Assembly (NCBI GenBank): GCA_002269645.1
Contig: NIVC01002029.1
Span: 124,001-188,000 of the forward strand
Reading direction: 5' to 3'
DNA: 64,000 bases
From: Macrostomum lignano
Taxonomy: Eukaryota
Below the pieces are notes generated by a model. The model saw nothing but the letters and a program-made list of their open reading frames with translations, searched no databases and was not told where the DNA came from. The position numbers and the translations under genes are program-made. Positions 38,238 through 50,874 of the stretch are shown piece by piece. Positions within the stretch are counted from its first letter, which is position 1; every line of letters starts with the position of its first letter.

Positions 38238-41200
38238 AAATCAGTCTGCAGATTCCTGACTAAATCAGTCTGCAGATTCCTGACTAGATCAGCCTGCAGA
38301 TTCCTGACTAGATCAGTCTGCAGATTCCTGACTAGATCAGTCTGCAGATTCCTGACTAGATCAGTCTGCAGATTCCTGACTAGATCAGCCTGCAGATTCC
38401 TGACTAGATCAGTCTGCAGATTCCTGACTAGATCAGCCTGCAGATTCCTGACTAGATCAGCCTGCAGATTCCTGACTAGATCAGCCTGCAGATTCCTGAC
38501 TAGATCAGTCTGCAGATTCCTGACTAGATCAGTCTGCAGATTCCTGACTAGATCAGCCTGCAGATTCCTGACTAGATCAGCCTGCAGATTCCTGACTAGA
38601 TCAGCCTGCAGATTCCTGACTAGATCAGCCTGCAGATTCCTGACTAGATCAGCCTGCAGATTCCTGACTAGATCAGCCTGCAGATTCCTGACTAGATCAG
38701 CCTGCAGATTCCTGACTAGATCAGCCTGCAGATTCCTGACTAGATCAGCCTGCAGATTCCTGACTAGATCAGCCTGCAGATTCCTGACTAGATCAGCCTG
38801 CAGATTCCTGACTAGATCAGCCTGCAGATTCCTGACTAGATCAGCCTGCAGATTCCTGACTAGATCAGCCTGCAGATTCCTGACTAGATCAGTCTGCAGA
38901 TTCCTGACTAGATCAGTCTGCAGATTCCTGACTAGATCAGTCTGCAGATTCCTGACTAGATCAGCCTGCAGATTCCTGACTAGATCAGTCTGCAGATTCC
39001 TGACTAGATCAGCCTGCAGATTCCTGACTAGATCAGCCTGCAGATTCCTGACTAGATCAGCCTGCAGATTCCTGACTAGATCAGCCTGCAGATTCCTGAC
39101 TAGATCAGTCTGCAGATTCCTGACTAGATCAGCCTGCAGATTCCTGACTAGATCAGCCTGCAGATTCCTGACTAGATCAGCCTGCAGATTCCTGACTAGA
39201 TCAGCCTGCAGATTCCTGACTAGATCAGTCTGCAGATTCCTGACTAGATCAGCCTGCAGATTCCTGACTAGATCAGCCTGCAGATTCCTGACTAGATCAG
39301 CCTGCAGATTCCTGACTAGATCAGCCTGCAGATTCCTGACTAGATCAGCCTGCAGATTCCTGACTAGATCAGTCTGCAGATTCCTGACTAGATCAGCCTG
39401 CAGATTCCTGACTAGATCAGCCTGCAGATTCCTGACTAGATCAGCCTGCAGATTCCTGACTAGATCAGTCTGCAGATTCCTGACTAGATCAGTCTGCAGA
39501 TTCCTGACTAGATCAGTCTGCAGATTCCTGACTAGATCAGCCTGCAGATTCCTGACTAGATCAGTCTGCAGATTCCTGACTAGATCAGTCTGCAGATTCC
39601 TGACTAGATCAGTCTGCAGATTCCTGACTAGATCAGCCTGCAGATTCCTGACTAGATCAGCCTGCAGATTCCTGACTAGATCAGCCTGCAGATTACTGAC
39701 TAGATCAGCCTGCAGATTCCTGACTAGATCAGTCTGCAGATTCCTGACTAGATCAGCCTGCAGATTCCTGACTAGATCAGTCTGCAGATTCCTGACTAGA
39801 TCAGCCTGCAGATTCCTGACTAGATCAGTCTGCAGATTCCTGACTAGATCAGCCTGCAGATTCCTGACTAGATCAGCCTGCAGATTCCTGACTAGATCAG
39901 TCTGCAGATTCCTGACTAGATCAGCCTGCAGATTCCTGACTAGATCAGCCTGCAGATTCCTGACTAGATCAGCCTGCAGATTCCTGACTAGATCAGTCTG
40001 CAGATTCCTGACTAGATCAGCCTGCAGATTCCTGACTAGATCAGTCTGCAGATTCCTGACTAGATCAGTCTGCAGATTCCTGACTAGATCAGCCTGCAGA
40101 TTCCTGACTAGATCAGCCTGCAGATTCCTGACTAGATCAGTCTGCAGATTCCTGACTAGATCAGTCTGCAGATTCCTGACTAGATCAGCCTGCAGATTCC
40201 TGACTAGATCAGTCTGCAGATTCCTGACTAGATCAGTCTGCAGATTCCTGACTAGATCAGCCTGCAGATTCCTGACTAGATCAGCCTGCAGATTCCTGAC
40301 TAGATCAGTCTGCAGATTCCTGACTAGATCAGCCTGCAGATTCCTGACTAGATCAGTCTGCAGATTCCTGACTAGATCAGTCTGCAGATTCCTGACTAGA
40401 TCAGCCTGCAGATTCCTGACTAGATCAGCCTGCAGATTCCTGACTAGATCAGCCTGCAGATTCCTGACTAGATCAGCCTGCAGATTCCTGACTAGATCAG
40501 TCTGCAGATTCCTGACTAGATCAGCCTGCAGATTCCTGACTAGATCAGCCTGCAGATTCCTGACTAGATCAGCCTGCAGATTCCTGACTAGATCAGCCTG
40601 CAGATTCCTGACTAGATCAGTCTGCAGATTCCTGACTAGATCAGCCTGCAGATTCCTGACTAGATCAGCCTGCAGATTCCTGACTAGATCAGCCTGCAGA
40701 TTCCTGACTAGATCAGCCTGCAGATTCCTGACTAGATCAGTCTGCAGATTCCTGACTAGATCAGTCTGCAGATTCCTGACTAGATCAGTCTGCAGATTCC
40801 TGACTAGATCAGTCTGCAGATTCCTGACTAGATCAGTCTGCAGATTCCTGACTAGATCAGTCTGCAGATTCCTGACTAGATCAGTCTGCAGATTCCTGAC
40901 TAGATCAGCCTGCAGATTCCTGACTAGATCAGTCTGCAGATTCCTGACTAGATCAGTCTGCAGATTCCTGACTAGATCAGCCTGCAGATTCCTGACTAGA
41001 TCAGCCTGCAGATTCCTGACTAGATCAGTCTGCAGATTCCTGACTAGATCAGCCTGCAGATTCCTGACTAGATCAGCTGCAGATTCCTGACTAGATCAGC
41101 CTGCAGATTCCTGACTAGATCAGCCTGCAGATTCCTGACTAGATCAGCCTGCAGATTCCTGACTAGATCAGCCTGCAGATTCCTGACTAGATCAGTCTGC

Positions 41201-42533
41201 AGATTCCTGACTAGATCAGCCTGCAGATTCCTGACTAGATCAGCCTGCAGATTCCTGACTAGATCAGCCTGCAGATTCCTGACTAGATCAGCCTGCAGAT
41301 TCCTGACTAGATCAGTCTGCAGATTCCTGACTAGATCAGCCTGCAGATTCCTGACTAGATCAGCCTGCAGATTCCTGACTAGATCAGCCTGCAGATTCCT
41401 GACTAGATCAGCCTGCAGATTCCTGACTAGATCAGTCTGCAGATTCCTGACTAGATCAGTCTGCAGATTCCTGACTAGATCAGTCTGCAGATTCCTGACT
41501 AGATCAGTCTGCAGATTCCTGACTAGATCAGTCTGCAGATTCCTGACTAGATCAGCCTGCAGATTCCTGACTAGATCAGTCTGCAGATTCCTGACTAGAT
41601 CAGTCTGCAGATTCCTGACTAGATCAGCCTGCAGATTACTGACTAGATCAGTCTGCAGATTCCTGACTAGATCAGTCTGCAGATTCCTGACTAGATCAGC
41701 CTGCAGATTCCTGACTAGATCAGCCTGCAGATTCCTGACTAGATCAGCCTGCAGATTCCTGACTAGATCAGCCTGCAGATTCCTGACTAGATCAGTCTGC
41801 AGATTCCTGACTAGATCAGTCTGCAGATTACTGACTAGATCAGTCTGCAGGTTCCTGACTAGATCAGCCTGCAGATTCCTGACTAGATCAGCCTGCAGAT
41901 TCCTGACTAGATCAGCCTGCAGATTCCTGACTAGATCAGCCTGCAGATTCCTGACTAGATCAGCCTGCAGATTCCTGACTAGATCAGCCTGCAGATTCCT
42001 GACTAGATCAGCCTGCAGATTCCTGACTAGATCAGTCTGCAGATTCCTGACTAGATCAGCTGCAGATTCCTGACTAGATCAGCCTGCAGATTCCTGACTA
42101 GATCAGCCTGCAGATTCCTGACTAGATCAGTCTGCAGATTCCTGACTAGATCAGCCTGCAGATTCCTGACTAGATCAGCCTGCAGATTCCTGACTAGATC
42201 AGCTGCAGATTCCTGACTAGATCAGCCTGCAGATTCCTGACTAGATCAGCCTGCAGATTCCTGACTAGATCAGCCTGCAGATTCCTGACTAGATCAGCCT
42301 GCAGATTCCTGACTAGATCAGTCTGCAGATTCCTGACTAGATCAGCCTGCAGATTCCTGACTAGATCAGCCTGCAGATTCCTGACTAGATCAGCCTGCAG
42401 ATTCCTGACTAGATCAGCCTGCAGATTCCTGACTAGATCAGTCTGCAGATTCCTGACTAGATCAGTCTGCAGATTCCTGACTAGATCAGCCTGCAGATTC
42501 CTGACTAGATCAGCCTGCAGATTCCTGACTAGA
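38238..42533. repeat. 24-bp array CTGCAGATTCCTGACTAGATCAG(C/T), ~178 copies
   Basis: Very homogeneous, essentially one dimorphic site. Confidence 0.98.
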
Positions 42534-43019
42534 TAATCACCAGAGAATTAAGCACAACACAGCAACTCAACCCGAGTCTATGCGCAAGGCCACTATTATA
42601 AATAAATCTGTCTGATATATTAATTAGGTTTCTATCTGTGAGTGGGTTGGGGCTGGCGGGCCTCGCTTTACTGCCAGAGCATAGCGAATGGATTTGGCCA
42701 GATGGAGGATCGATTCTGGGCCGGCGGGAGGCGGGCCGCAACCTCCCCCAATTTAATCGATGCTAGTGCATCCTTTTTATCTGTTTGTATCCCCCCAGCT
42801 GGTTCGGTGTGCAGCTAAGGTTTATCTTTATATTATTATTATTGGATTGCGACACTATCACGGCTTTACGGCAGTTAAACTGCTCACATTTCAAACTGAG
42901 ATTGAGAGGAATGGATAGAGGTAGATAGTGGATATAGGGACATAGCAATACAGACAGGTAGACAATAGATTGAACAACTGGAGTGTGGATAGGAGTAGAG
43001 TAGATAGAGGCAAATAGAA

Positions 43020-43245
43020 AGTGGATAAGAGGCCAATATAGTGGATAGTGTAAGATACAGTGTGGATAGAGGCAGATAGAGGGTGGATAGTGCAAGATAC
43101 AGTGTGGATAGGGGCAGATAAAGTGGATAGAGGTAGATAGAGAGTGGATAGTGCAAGATACAGAGTGGATAGGGGCAGATAAAGTGGATAGAGGTAGATA
43201 GAGAGTGGATAGTGCAAGATACAGAGTGGATAGGAGCAGATAGAC
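43020..43245. repeat. Purine-rich ~61-bp repeat of GTGGATAG subunits
   Basis: Seen directly. Confidence 0.8.
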
Positions 43246-43546
43246 ACGTAGTGTAGCGGATAAGGCTAGATTAAAGTACACTAAAAAAGTAGAAAGACAT
43301 TTCCAATCAACCAGAATTCAGGCTCCTACAACTGACAATTAATAAAAAATGCTGTCAATGAGCGTTCAATAGATTCGAAAACCGATAGCAAAATGCATTT
43401 ATTATTAAAAAATTGCAGTGCAATACCCGAATGCTTTTACATGCATATAGATATAAGGCTTTGAAAAACTGCATTGCACCAAAAACATTACAAATCATTG
43501 TATTGTGCTGCGATGGCTCAACAATGAATGGTGTAATTCTTATCCG

Positions 43547-44390
43547 CAGTGACCCACTCTCTGTACCTGGACCCAGAGCAGTGTGACCCACTCTCTGTAC
43601 CTGGGCCCAGAGCAGTGTGACCCACTCTCTGTACCTGAGCCCAGAGCAGTGTGACCCACTCTCTGTACCTGGGCCCAGAGCAGTGTGACCCACTCTCTGT
43701 ACCTGGGCCCAGAGCAGTGTGACCCACTCTCTGTACCTGGGCCCAGAGCAGTGTGACCCGTTCTCTGTACCTGGGCCCAGAGTAGTGTGACCCGCTCTCT
43801 GTACCTGGGCCCAGAGTAGTGTGACCCGCTCTCTGTACCTGGGCCCAGAGTAGTGTGACCCGCTCTCTGTACCTGGGCCCAGAGCAGTGTGACCCGCTCT
43901 CTGTACCTGGGCCCAGAGCAGTGTGACCCGCTCTCTGTACCTGGGCCCAGAGCAGTGTGACCCGCTCTCTGTACCTGGGCCCAGAGCAGTGTGACCCGCT
44001 CTCTGTACCTGGGCCCAGAGCAGTGTGACCCACTCTCTGTACCTGGGCCCAGAGCAGTGTGACCCACTCTCTGTACCTGGGCCCAGAGCAGTGTGACCCG
44101 CTCTCTGTACCTGGGCCCAGAGCAGTGTGACCCGCTCTCTGTACCTGGGCCCAGAGCAGTGTGACCCACTCTCTGTACCTGGACCCAGAGCAGTGTGACC
44201 CACTCTCTGTACCTGGGCCCAGAGCAGTGTGACCCGCTCTCTGTACCTGGGCCCAGAGCAGTGTGACCCACTCTCTGTACCTGGGCCCAGAGCAGTGTGA
44301 CCCGCTCTCTGTACCTGGGCCCAGAGCAGTGTGACCCGCTCTCTGTACCTGGGCCCAGAGCAGTGTGACCCACTCTCTGTACCTGGACAT
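43547..44390. repeat. 34-bp array with the perfect palindrome CTGGGCCCAG, ~25 copies
   Basis: Unit GACCC(A/G)CTCTCTGTACCTGGGCCCAGAGCAGTGT. Confidence 0.96.
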
Positions 44391-44954
44391 GAAATTTATC
44401 TTCATACCCTAAAAAGGACTTTGTGGAGCACACAATAGGTGATGCGTACATTGGTATAAAAATTAATGGTGATAAGGGATGATTAAATATGCGCAAAAGT
44501 GCAAGTGCGAAAGCGTGTTGCAATTTAAATTAGCAGAAAATTAACAATTAGTAAATAAGTAAAGAGCGCGAGTGCGAAAGTACAAATAAGTTGTTAAACA
44601 GTAAGAAAATGATGAAAGCCAATACAGATGAAAGTTTTCTGGAAACAGAGAGCTTGAAAAAATATGCATTTAAATTACTGACCAACTGGTTATTTAAATA
44701 TCAGCATAAATGCTTACTATAGCCAGTAGAAAACGGATTTTAAAAATTTGAGCAATAAAAATAGATAAACGAATGTCTGGCTAATTAAAACAGTTTAACC
44801 AGAGCAATAAATTATGATGAGCGAAGCAATTATCTATTAGAGTTAAAATTTTATTACTTTCTTTATTGCTGAACGATATCGATCGCATGAATAAAACCCA
44901 AAACTGAGTTAAAGCCTTTAACTTAAAGATGCTAATTAAAACTGTACGTTAATT

Positions 44955-45680
44955 AACTAAATAAACCCAAAGTGGCAAAGGTGCTAATTACACCTGAGCG
45001 CTAATTAATTAAATCAACCCAAATCTGCAAAGGTGCTAATTACACCTGAGCGCTAATTAATTAAATAAACCCAAATCTGCAAAGGTGCTAATTACACCTG
45101 AGCGCTAATTAATTAAATAAACCCAAAGCTGCAGAGGTGCTAATTACACCTGAGCGCTAATTAATTAAATAAACCCAAAGCGGCAGAGGTGCTAATTACA
45201 CCTGAACGCTAATTAACTAAATAAACCCAAAGCTGCAGAGGTGCTAATTACACCTGAGCGCTAATCAATTAAATAAACCCAAAGCGGCAGAGGTGCTAAT
45301 TACACCTGAGCGCTAATCAATTAAATAAACCCAAAGCGGCAGAGGTGCTAATTACACCTGAGCGCTTATTAATTAAATAAACCCAAAGCTGCAGAGGTGC
45401 TAATTACACCTGAGCGCTAATTAATTAAATAAACCAAATGCGGCGAAGTTGCTAATTACACGTGAACGCTTATTAATTAAATAAACCCAAAGCTGCAGAG
45501 GTGCTAATTACACCTGAGCGCTAATTAATTAAATAAACCAAATGCGGCGAAGTTGCTAATTACACGTGAACGCTAATTAATTAAATAAACCAAATGCGGC
45601 GAAGTTGCTAATTACACCTGAACGCTAATTAATTAAATAAACCCAAAACGGCAAATTAGCAAATGTGCTAATTACAGCTG
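44955..45680. repeat. 52-bp array with an AGGTG-CTAATTA-CACCT hairpin, ~14 copies
   Basis: Begins about 75 nt past the CDC6 stop. Confidence 0.93.
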
Positions 45681-45756
45681 CGGGGTAAGCACACTCAAAG
45701 CTGAATTAGGTCAGGTGTTAATTGCCGCTGTTTTACGCCATACAAAATTAATTTAA

Positions 45757-45996
45757 TTATCGCGCAGGCCCAACATCGGCCAGCAGGCCGGGGTCGGCGA
45801 CAAGCTCTTCAACGTCGCGATCGTCCAGACGAAGCGCAATGCGGGACATCCGGGCCTCGGCTGCCTTGGTGAGGCGCAGCACGCCGGTGTCGTGCAACGA
45901 CTGGCAGTAGGACGGCAGCTCGTCCCACAGAGGCGGCGGCATCTGGCGAGCCGAGCAGAGCTCGCGCAGACTCGAGTCCAGCTCCGCCAGCGTTGC
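45757..45996 (-). CDS. CDC6: CDC6 exon 4 (winged helix)
   Basis: CCGCAG acceptor, phase 0; CQSLHDTGVLRLTKAAEARMSRIALRLDDRDVEELV; TAA stop. Total 516 aa. Confidence 0.9.
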   Translation of the reverse strand, partial: ATLAELDSSLRELCSARQMPPPLWDELPSYCQSLHDTGVLRLTKAAEARMSRIALRLDDRDVEELVADPGLLADVGPAR

Positions 45997-46204
45997 CTGC
46001 GGGCATTGCGAGAGTGAATTAAAACAAGGTCATCCCAGGTCAACAGGGAGGTCAGCAGGTTCACTGGCAAAAAAATTCGGCGGTCGCTAGAAAAAATAGG
46101 TCACTTCAGTTTCTAGGAAAACAGTTGGTTTGAATGTAGGAATTCTAGGAAACTGACACATGCTTGAGCTGACATAAATTTCGCCGCAGAATATCATTTC
46201 TCAC

Positions 46205-47007
46205 CTGTCGTTGACCCCGCCGACGAAGCCGCAGCGCCGCGGCAGCCGTCAGCCGTAAGTGCAACGGGAGTCGCCGTTGCGGCGTGTCCGGGGTAGCCAG
46301 ACTGCTGGAGCCGCCGACCACGGCGGCCAGCGGCGACGCAGTCGCGGCTTTCAAAGCTTCGCCAACGTGTCGCACAGTCGGCGAACCATCGGCCAGTTCA
46401 ACGGATCGGCGGCAGACTTCCAGGAGGCGTCGGGCATCTCCGGTGCTGGCGGCGATTCGGCCAGCTGCCAGTCGGACAGCGTCGGCGGTTTCGGCAGCCA
46501 GCGCGGCCGGGGCCGCGGCGAATCGGGCGGTGACGATGGCGAGCAGGTCGGCTCGGGTATAGGGCGAGAAACTGAGCTGGCGAAGGCCGGCTGGCCGGGA
46601 CACGGTGGCCGAGGCGGGGAACAGCCGGTCGCACAGGCTCAGCGAGTTGGCCACGCCTAGTACGCGAAGCCGGTTGCCGTCGCCAGCTCCGGCCAGACTG
46701 TCCGGCCAGCGAAAGATTCGCCGAAGATTGGCCAAGTCAATCTGGTCGATTTCGTCCAGCACCAGAGACAGCGACTGCTGCTGCTGCTGCAGGAAGCGCC
46801 TGATGGCCGCCTCCGCCAGCTTCAAAGAGCCGGCGCCGCCATCTCCGCCGCTGTTAGCGGAGCTATTTTTAGCATCAACCAGCTGGGCCAGCTGAGCAGA
46901 GAATGACTTGGCGGATTCGCCAGTCTCCATGCAGTTGTGCAGAATACAGCGGACGCCTTTGACAGATTGCAGCTTGCGAACGGCGGTTTTAACGGCGGCA
47001 GTTTTGC
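46205..47007 (-). CDS. CDC6: CDC6 exon 3 (AAA+ core)
   Basis: Completes GAPGSGKT; Walker B LVLDEIDQI; VLGVANSLSL; FSPYTRADL; GDARRLLEVCRRSVELA resembles human GDVRKALDVCRRAIE. Confidence 0.95.
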
Positions 47008-47139
47008 CTGCGGTTTTTTAGCAGAGGAAATCATTGCCAGTGTTATGAAGAGCTTTATTAAACTACAGACCTGCTAGCTTATGATAAGAAGTAGCGAATC
47101 TAGAGTTTTACAATAGGATGTTCCTATAATAGGGATCTT

Positions 47140-48099
47140 CAATAACGATGTACAGCTTCAATAAGGATGTACAGCTTCAGTAAGGATGTACAGCTTCAGT
47201 AAGGATGTACAGCTTCAATAAGGATGTACAGCTTCAATCAGTATGTACAGCTTTAATAAGGATGTACAGCTTCAATCAGTATGTACAGCTTCAATAAGGA
47301 TGTACAGCTTCAGTAAGGATGTACAGCTTCAGTAAGGATGTACAGCTTCAGTAAGGATGTACAGCTTCAATAAGGATGTACAGCTTCAGTAAGGATGTAC
47401 AGCTTCAGTAAGGATGTACAGCTTCAGTAAGGATGTACAGCTTCAGTAAGGATGTACAGCTTCAGTAAGGATGTACAGCTTCAGTAAGGATGTACAGCTT
47501 CAGTAAGGATGTACAGCTTTAATAAGGATGTACAGCTTCAATCAGTATGTACAGCTTTAATAAGGATGTACAGCTTCAATCAGTATGTACAGCTTCAATA
47601 AGGATGTACAGCTTCAGTAAGGATGTACAGCTTCAGTAAGGATGTACAGCTTCAGTAAGGATGTACAGCTTCAATAAGGATGTACAGCTTCAGTAAGGAT
47701 GTACAGCTTCAGTAAGGATGTACAGCTTCAGTAAGGATGTACAGCTTCAGTAAGGATGTACAGCTTCAATAAGGATGTACAGCTTTAATAAGGATGTACA
47801 GCTTCAGTAAGGATGTACAGCTTCAGTAAGGATGTACAGCTTCAGTAAGGATGTACAGCTTTAGTAAGGATGTACAGCTTCAGTAAGGATATACAGTTTC
47901 AATAAGGATGTACAGCTTCAGTAAGGATGTACAGCTTCAGTAAGGATGTACAGCTTCAGTAAGGATGTACAGCTTCAGTAAGGATGTACAGCTTCAATAA
48001 GGATGTACAGCTTCAGTAAGGATGTACAGCTTCAGTAAGGATGTACAGCTTCAGTAAGGATGTACAGCTTCAATAAGGATGTACAGCTTTAATAAGGAC
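47140..48099. repeat. 19-bp array AGGATGTACAGCTTCAGTA, ~50 copies, CDC6 intron 2
   Basis: Seen directly. Confidence 0.96.
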
Positions 48100-48153
48100 T
48101 TCAGGAAGGCCATCTAGACATCAATGGCGTGTGAAGTATCAAGGATGTCTCAC

Positions 48154-48429
48154 CTGAGCCCGGCGCCCCGCAGACATACAGCACGCTATGGCCGGCCTTG
48201 CCCCTGAGAAAAGTCTCCAGAGTTTCCAGCTCAGCTTGCCGACCAACCAAACTGACATCGTCCCGCTCAGAGATGGCACTCTGCAGCAGCTGTTTGAGCT
48301 CAACAGACTGAGCGCTGGCCCTGAGCAGGGTAGACTTGCGCAGGTCGCACTCGGCCTCTTCTTCATCACGCTGCGGATGCTGCTTTGCTTTTAACTTATT
48401 AGGAGTTGCTCTTGTTGCTGCTGCTGCCG
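48154..48429 (-). CDS. CDC6: CDC6 exon 2 (AAA+ start, first half of Walker A)
   Basis: LVGRQAELETLETFL...LYVCGAPGS|G. TTTCAG acceptor, GTGAGA donor. Confidence 0.92.
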
Positions 48430-48644
48430 CTGAAAGAAAGAGAGAGAGGGGGGGCATGGCAGGTTTCGATGAGCGGTGGCTACAGACTTGTGAAACTCGA
48501 GTCTAAGAGTCTTGCCCTCCAAGCCAAGGAGCATATTGAATGCTCATTTTTTAAATACGACTTGTCTGTCCTATGGCGCGCTTTGTGCTAAAGAAAGATT
48601 TCTCCTCCTGCCCTGAATATCTTCTTAAGGTACCAATTGCAGAG

Positions 48645-49235
48645 GAGACGCCAGCTATAGAGGGGGCGCAAGCTACAGAGAGAGCGCCAGCTACAGTGGG
48701 GGGCGCCGGCTACAGTGGGGGGCCGCCAGCTACAGTGGGGGGCGCCGGCTACAGTGGGGGCCGCCAGCTACAGTGGGGGGCGCCGGCTACAGTGGGGGGG
48801 GGCGCCAGCTACAGAAAGGGGACGCCAGCTACAGTGGGGGAGGGCGCCAGCTACAGAAAGGGGACGCCAGCTACAGAGAGAGCGCCAGCTACAGTGGGGG
48901 GCGCCAGCTACAGAAAGGGGACGCCAGCTACAGTGGGGGAGGGCGCCAGCTACAGAAAGGGGACGCCAGCTACAGAGAGAGCGCCAGCTACAGTGGGGGG
49001 CGCCAGCTACAGTGGGGGGGCGCCAGCTACAGAGAGGAGACGCCAGCTACAGAGAGGAGACGCCAGCTACAGAGAGGAGACGCCAGCTACAGAGAGAGCG
49101 CCAGCTACAGTGGGGGGCGCCAGCTACAGAAAGGGGACGCCAGCTACAGTGGGGGGCGCCAGCTACAGAGAGGAGACGCCAGCTACAGAGAGGAGACGCC
49201 AGCTACAGAGAGGAGACGCCAGCTACAGAGGGGGG
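48645..49235. repeat. G-rich array GCGCCAGCTACAG(TGGGGG/AGAGGA/AAAGGG), CDC6 intron 1
   Basis: Variable 17-21-bp units. Confidence 0.92.
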
Positions 49236-49316
49236 GGGGCATGCCTGCACACATACTCAGGGGGAAAGCTGCTGCAGACAAGTCAACGCCCCTGCTCCCA
49301 CTCCAAATAAGCTCAC

Positions 49317-49548
49317 CTTCAACAGTCGCATTTTCCTTCTCCAGCTGCTCGTCATCAATTTCAGCTATTGACTTCTTCTTGCCCTTCATCGGCTTGCTCT
49401 TGGCCTTAGCAACCGACTGTCGCCGCCCAGTCCGCTGTTGCTTAGCCTTTGTCGGTGTCTCGAATAATTCCTCAGACTGGCCTGGGGCCACCTCCGACAG
49501 CGGCTGCTGCTGCTGTTGAAGCACAGACCTTCTTCTGGTTGTTGGCAT
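49317..49548 (-). CDS. CDC6: CDC6 exon 1 (disordered N-terminus, TPTK CDK-type site)
   Basis: ATG 49548, GTGAGC donor, phase 1, compatible with exon 2. Confidence 0.75.
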
Positions 49549-49593
49549 AGCGATATTGGTGTCGGATTTATTTTGAATTTAATCAACGTTTCG

Positions 49594-49610
49594 CTGAAAT
49601 TAGAAATATT
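49594..49610 (-). promoter_or_regulatory. Candidate trans-splice (or 5'UTR) acceptor upstream of CDC6
   Basis: ATATTTCTAATTTCAG ending 45 nt before the CDC6 ATG. Confidence 0.5.
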
Positions 49611-49801
49611 GTTGAGAAATCGTAATAATCGTTACTAATGCTGTAAAATATTTAATTCGACTACTACTACTAGATAAAATAATAATTAAACAAAATAGAC
49701 GCAAAAGTTCCCTTTTCCAACAATAAGCATACTACTAATACCAAAGAACACCAAAAGAGCACCAAAGAACGCGACAGTAGGAAAATGCGATTAGGCACAG
49801 T

Positions 49802-49807
49802 TTTATT
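49802..49807 (-). promoter_or_regulatory. Polyadenylation signal of NGDN
   Basis: AATAAA 35 nt after the NGDN stop, followed by a GU-rich TCTTT(T)GGT x3 element at 49740-49769. Confidence 0.7.
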
Positions 49808-49842
49808 AATTCTATAACAACGGGAGTTCACTTGTTTTATTT

Positions 49843-50790
49843 TCACTTTCTCTTCTTTTTGGCCCCCTTTTTAGCCAGTTTGCGGGCCAGTTTCCCGCGC
49901 GGACCCTTGGCCCGCCTGCCGCCGCGGTCCTCGTCCAGGCCGGCTGGCAGCAGGCCGCCCAGAGATTCGAAATCGCTGCCTAACCGTTTAGCCCGCAATT
50001 CCAGCTGCCTCTGCCGTTTGGTGACGGACAATCGAGTCAAATTCGCTTCCTCGTAGCGTCTGCGAGCTTCCGCTTCGCGCAGACGGCCGCTAGCGCCGGC
50101 GCCGCGCCGTTCCGACAATTCAACAGGCGCGTCGTCCATCTGCTGGCGAAGCTCCTCAAGCACATCCAGTTGAATAGCCCGACGCTTGGCTCGCCGATCG
50201 GCATCCGTGTTGGATGCGCGCCGATTCGAACCACTGGCCGCCGCCGCCGCCGCTCCCTCGTCGTAGAACATCGGCGTAACCTTCGGCGGCACGTACTTGC
50301 CAGCACCGGCTGCTGAGGGCTTGGAGGCTTCGGCCAGCTTCTTCTTCTTCAGCTGATTCTGCTTGGCTCTCCTTGCCGCCTCATCGCTGTCGTCCCCGCT
50401 GTCTCCAGCATCTTCTTCATCCGAGGACAGCCGGAAATTCTCCAGCCTGGCAGCCGTCGGCTCGGCCGCTTCATCAGCTCCGGCCAGCTGCGCCAGCCTG
50501 TCAATCTGGTGCCGGACGCGAGTCTCCACTGGCCGGGCGCACTCCAGCAGGCACCGCAGCTGGCACAGCCGTTCGACTGTCCGCTGCGGCGGAGGCTGGC
50601 CGGCCAGCCGGTCGGCTATGAGCTGCATCAGGTTGGCGGTGTACAGCTCCATAGCCTGGCATTTCAGCGCCACCAGGCTGACGGCTTCCGTGGTTGGCTG
50701 GCTGGACCAGTCTCGGCCGGACACTAAGTCGGACAGTTCGGCCAATGCGCCGGACACCTGATTGTAGAGCGGAGCTAGTTCTGCGTCCAT
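49843..50790 (-). CDS. NGDN: Neuroguidin (Sas10/Utp3/C1D family, Lcp5 orthologue), intronless
   Basis: RLCQLRCLLECARPVETRVRHQIDRL resembles RLVEIRTVLEKLRPLDQKLKYQIDKL; KYVPPKVTPMFYDE resembles KYVPPRLVPVHYDE; YEEANLTRLSVTK; basic C-terminus. First ATG in the frame is at 50790. Confidence 0.92.
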   Translation of the reverse strand: MDAELAPLYNQVSGALAELSDLVSGRDWSSQPTTEAVSLVALKCQAMELYTANLMQLIADRLAGQPPPQRTVERLCQLRCLLECARPVETRVRHQIDRLAQLAGADEAAEPTAARLENFRLSSDEEDAGDSGDDSDEAARRAKQNQLKKKKLAEASKPSAAGAGKYVPPKVTPMFYDEGAAAAAASGSNRRASNTDADRRAKRRAIQLDVLEELRQQMDDAPVELSERRGAGASGRLREAEARRRYEEANLTRLSVTKRQRQLELRAKRLGSDFESLGGLLPAGLDEDRGGRRAKGPRGKLARKLAKKGAKKKRK

Positions 50791-50874
50791 GCAAAAAAAC
50801 ACATGATGGGCTTTTGTTAACTACTTACATAAGTAGTACTAATATCCTGCACTGTATTCTAAATCCCCCAAATC

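Noticed and set aside
20157-42533. CRISPR-like interpretation of the long 21-33-bp arrays
   Set aside because: Units are head-to-tail with no unique spacers, there are no cas genes, and the context is eukaryotic.
20124-44523. Very long ORFs (993, 827, 994, 959 aa and others) such as (SLRWPPL)n and (CRFLTRSA)n
   Set aside because: They are translations of stop-free tandem repeats, often open in several frames and on both strands, with no splice or domain support.
50791-50802. Track start of the NGDN ORF at 50802
   Set aside because: It is a non-ATG start in a T-rich leader; the ATG at 50790 fits the family N-terminus better.
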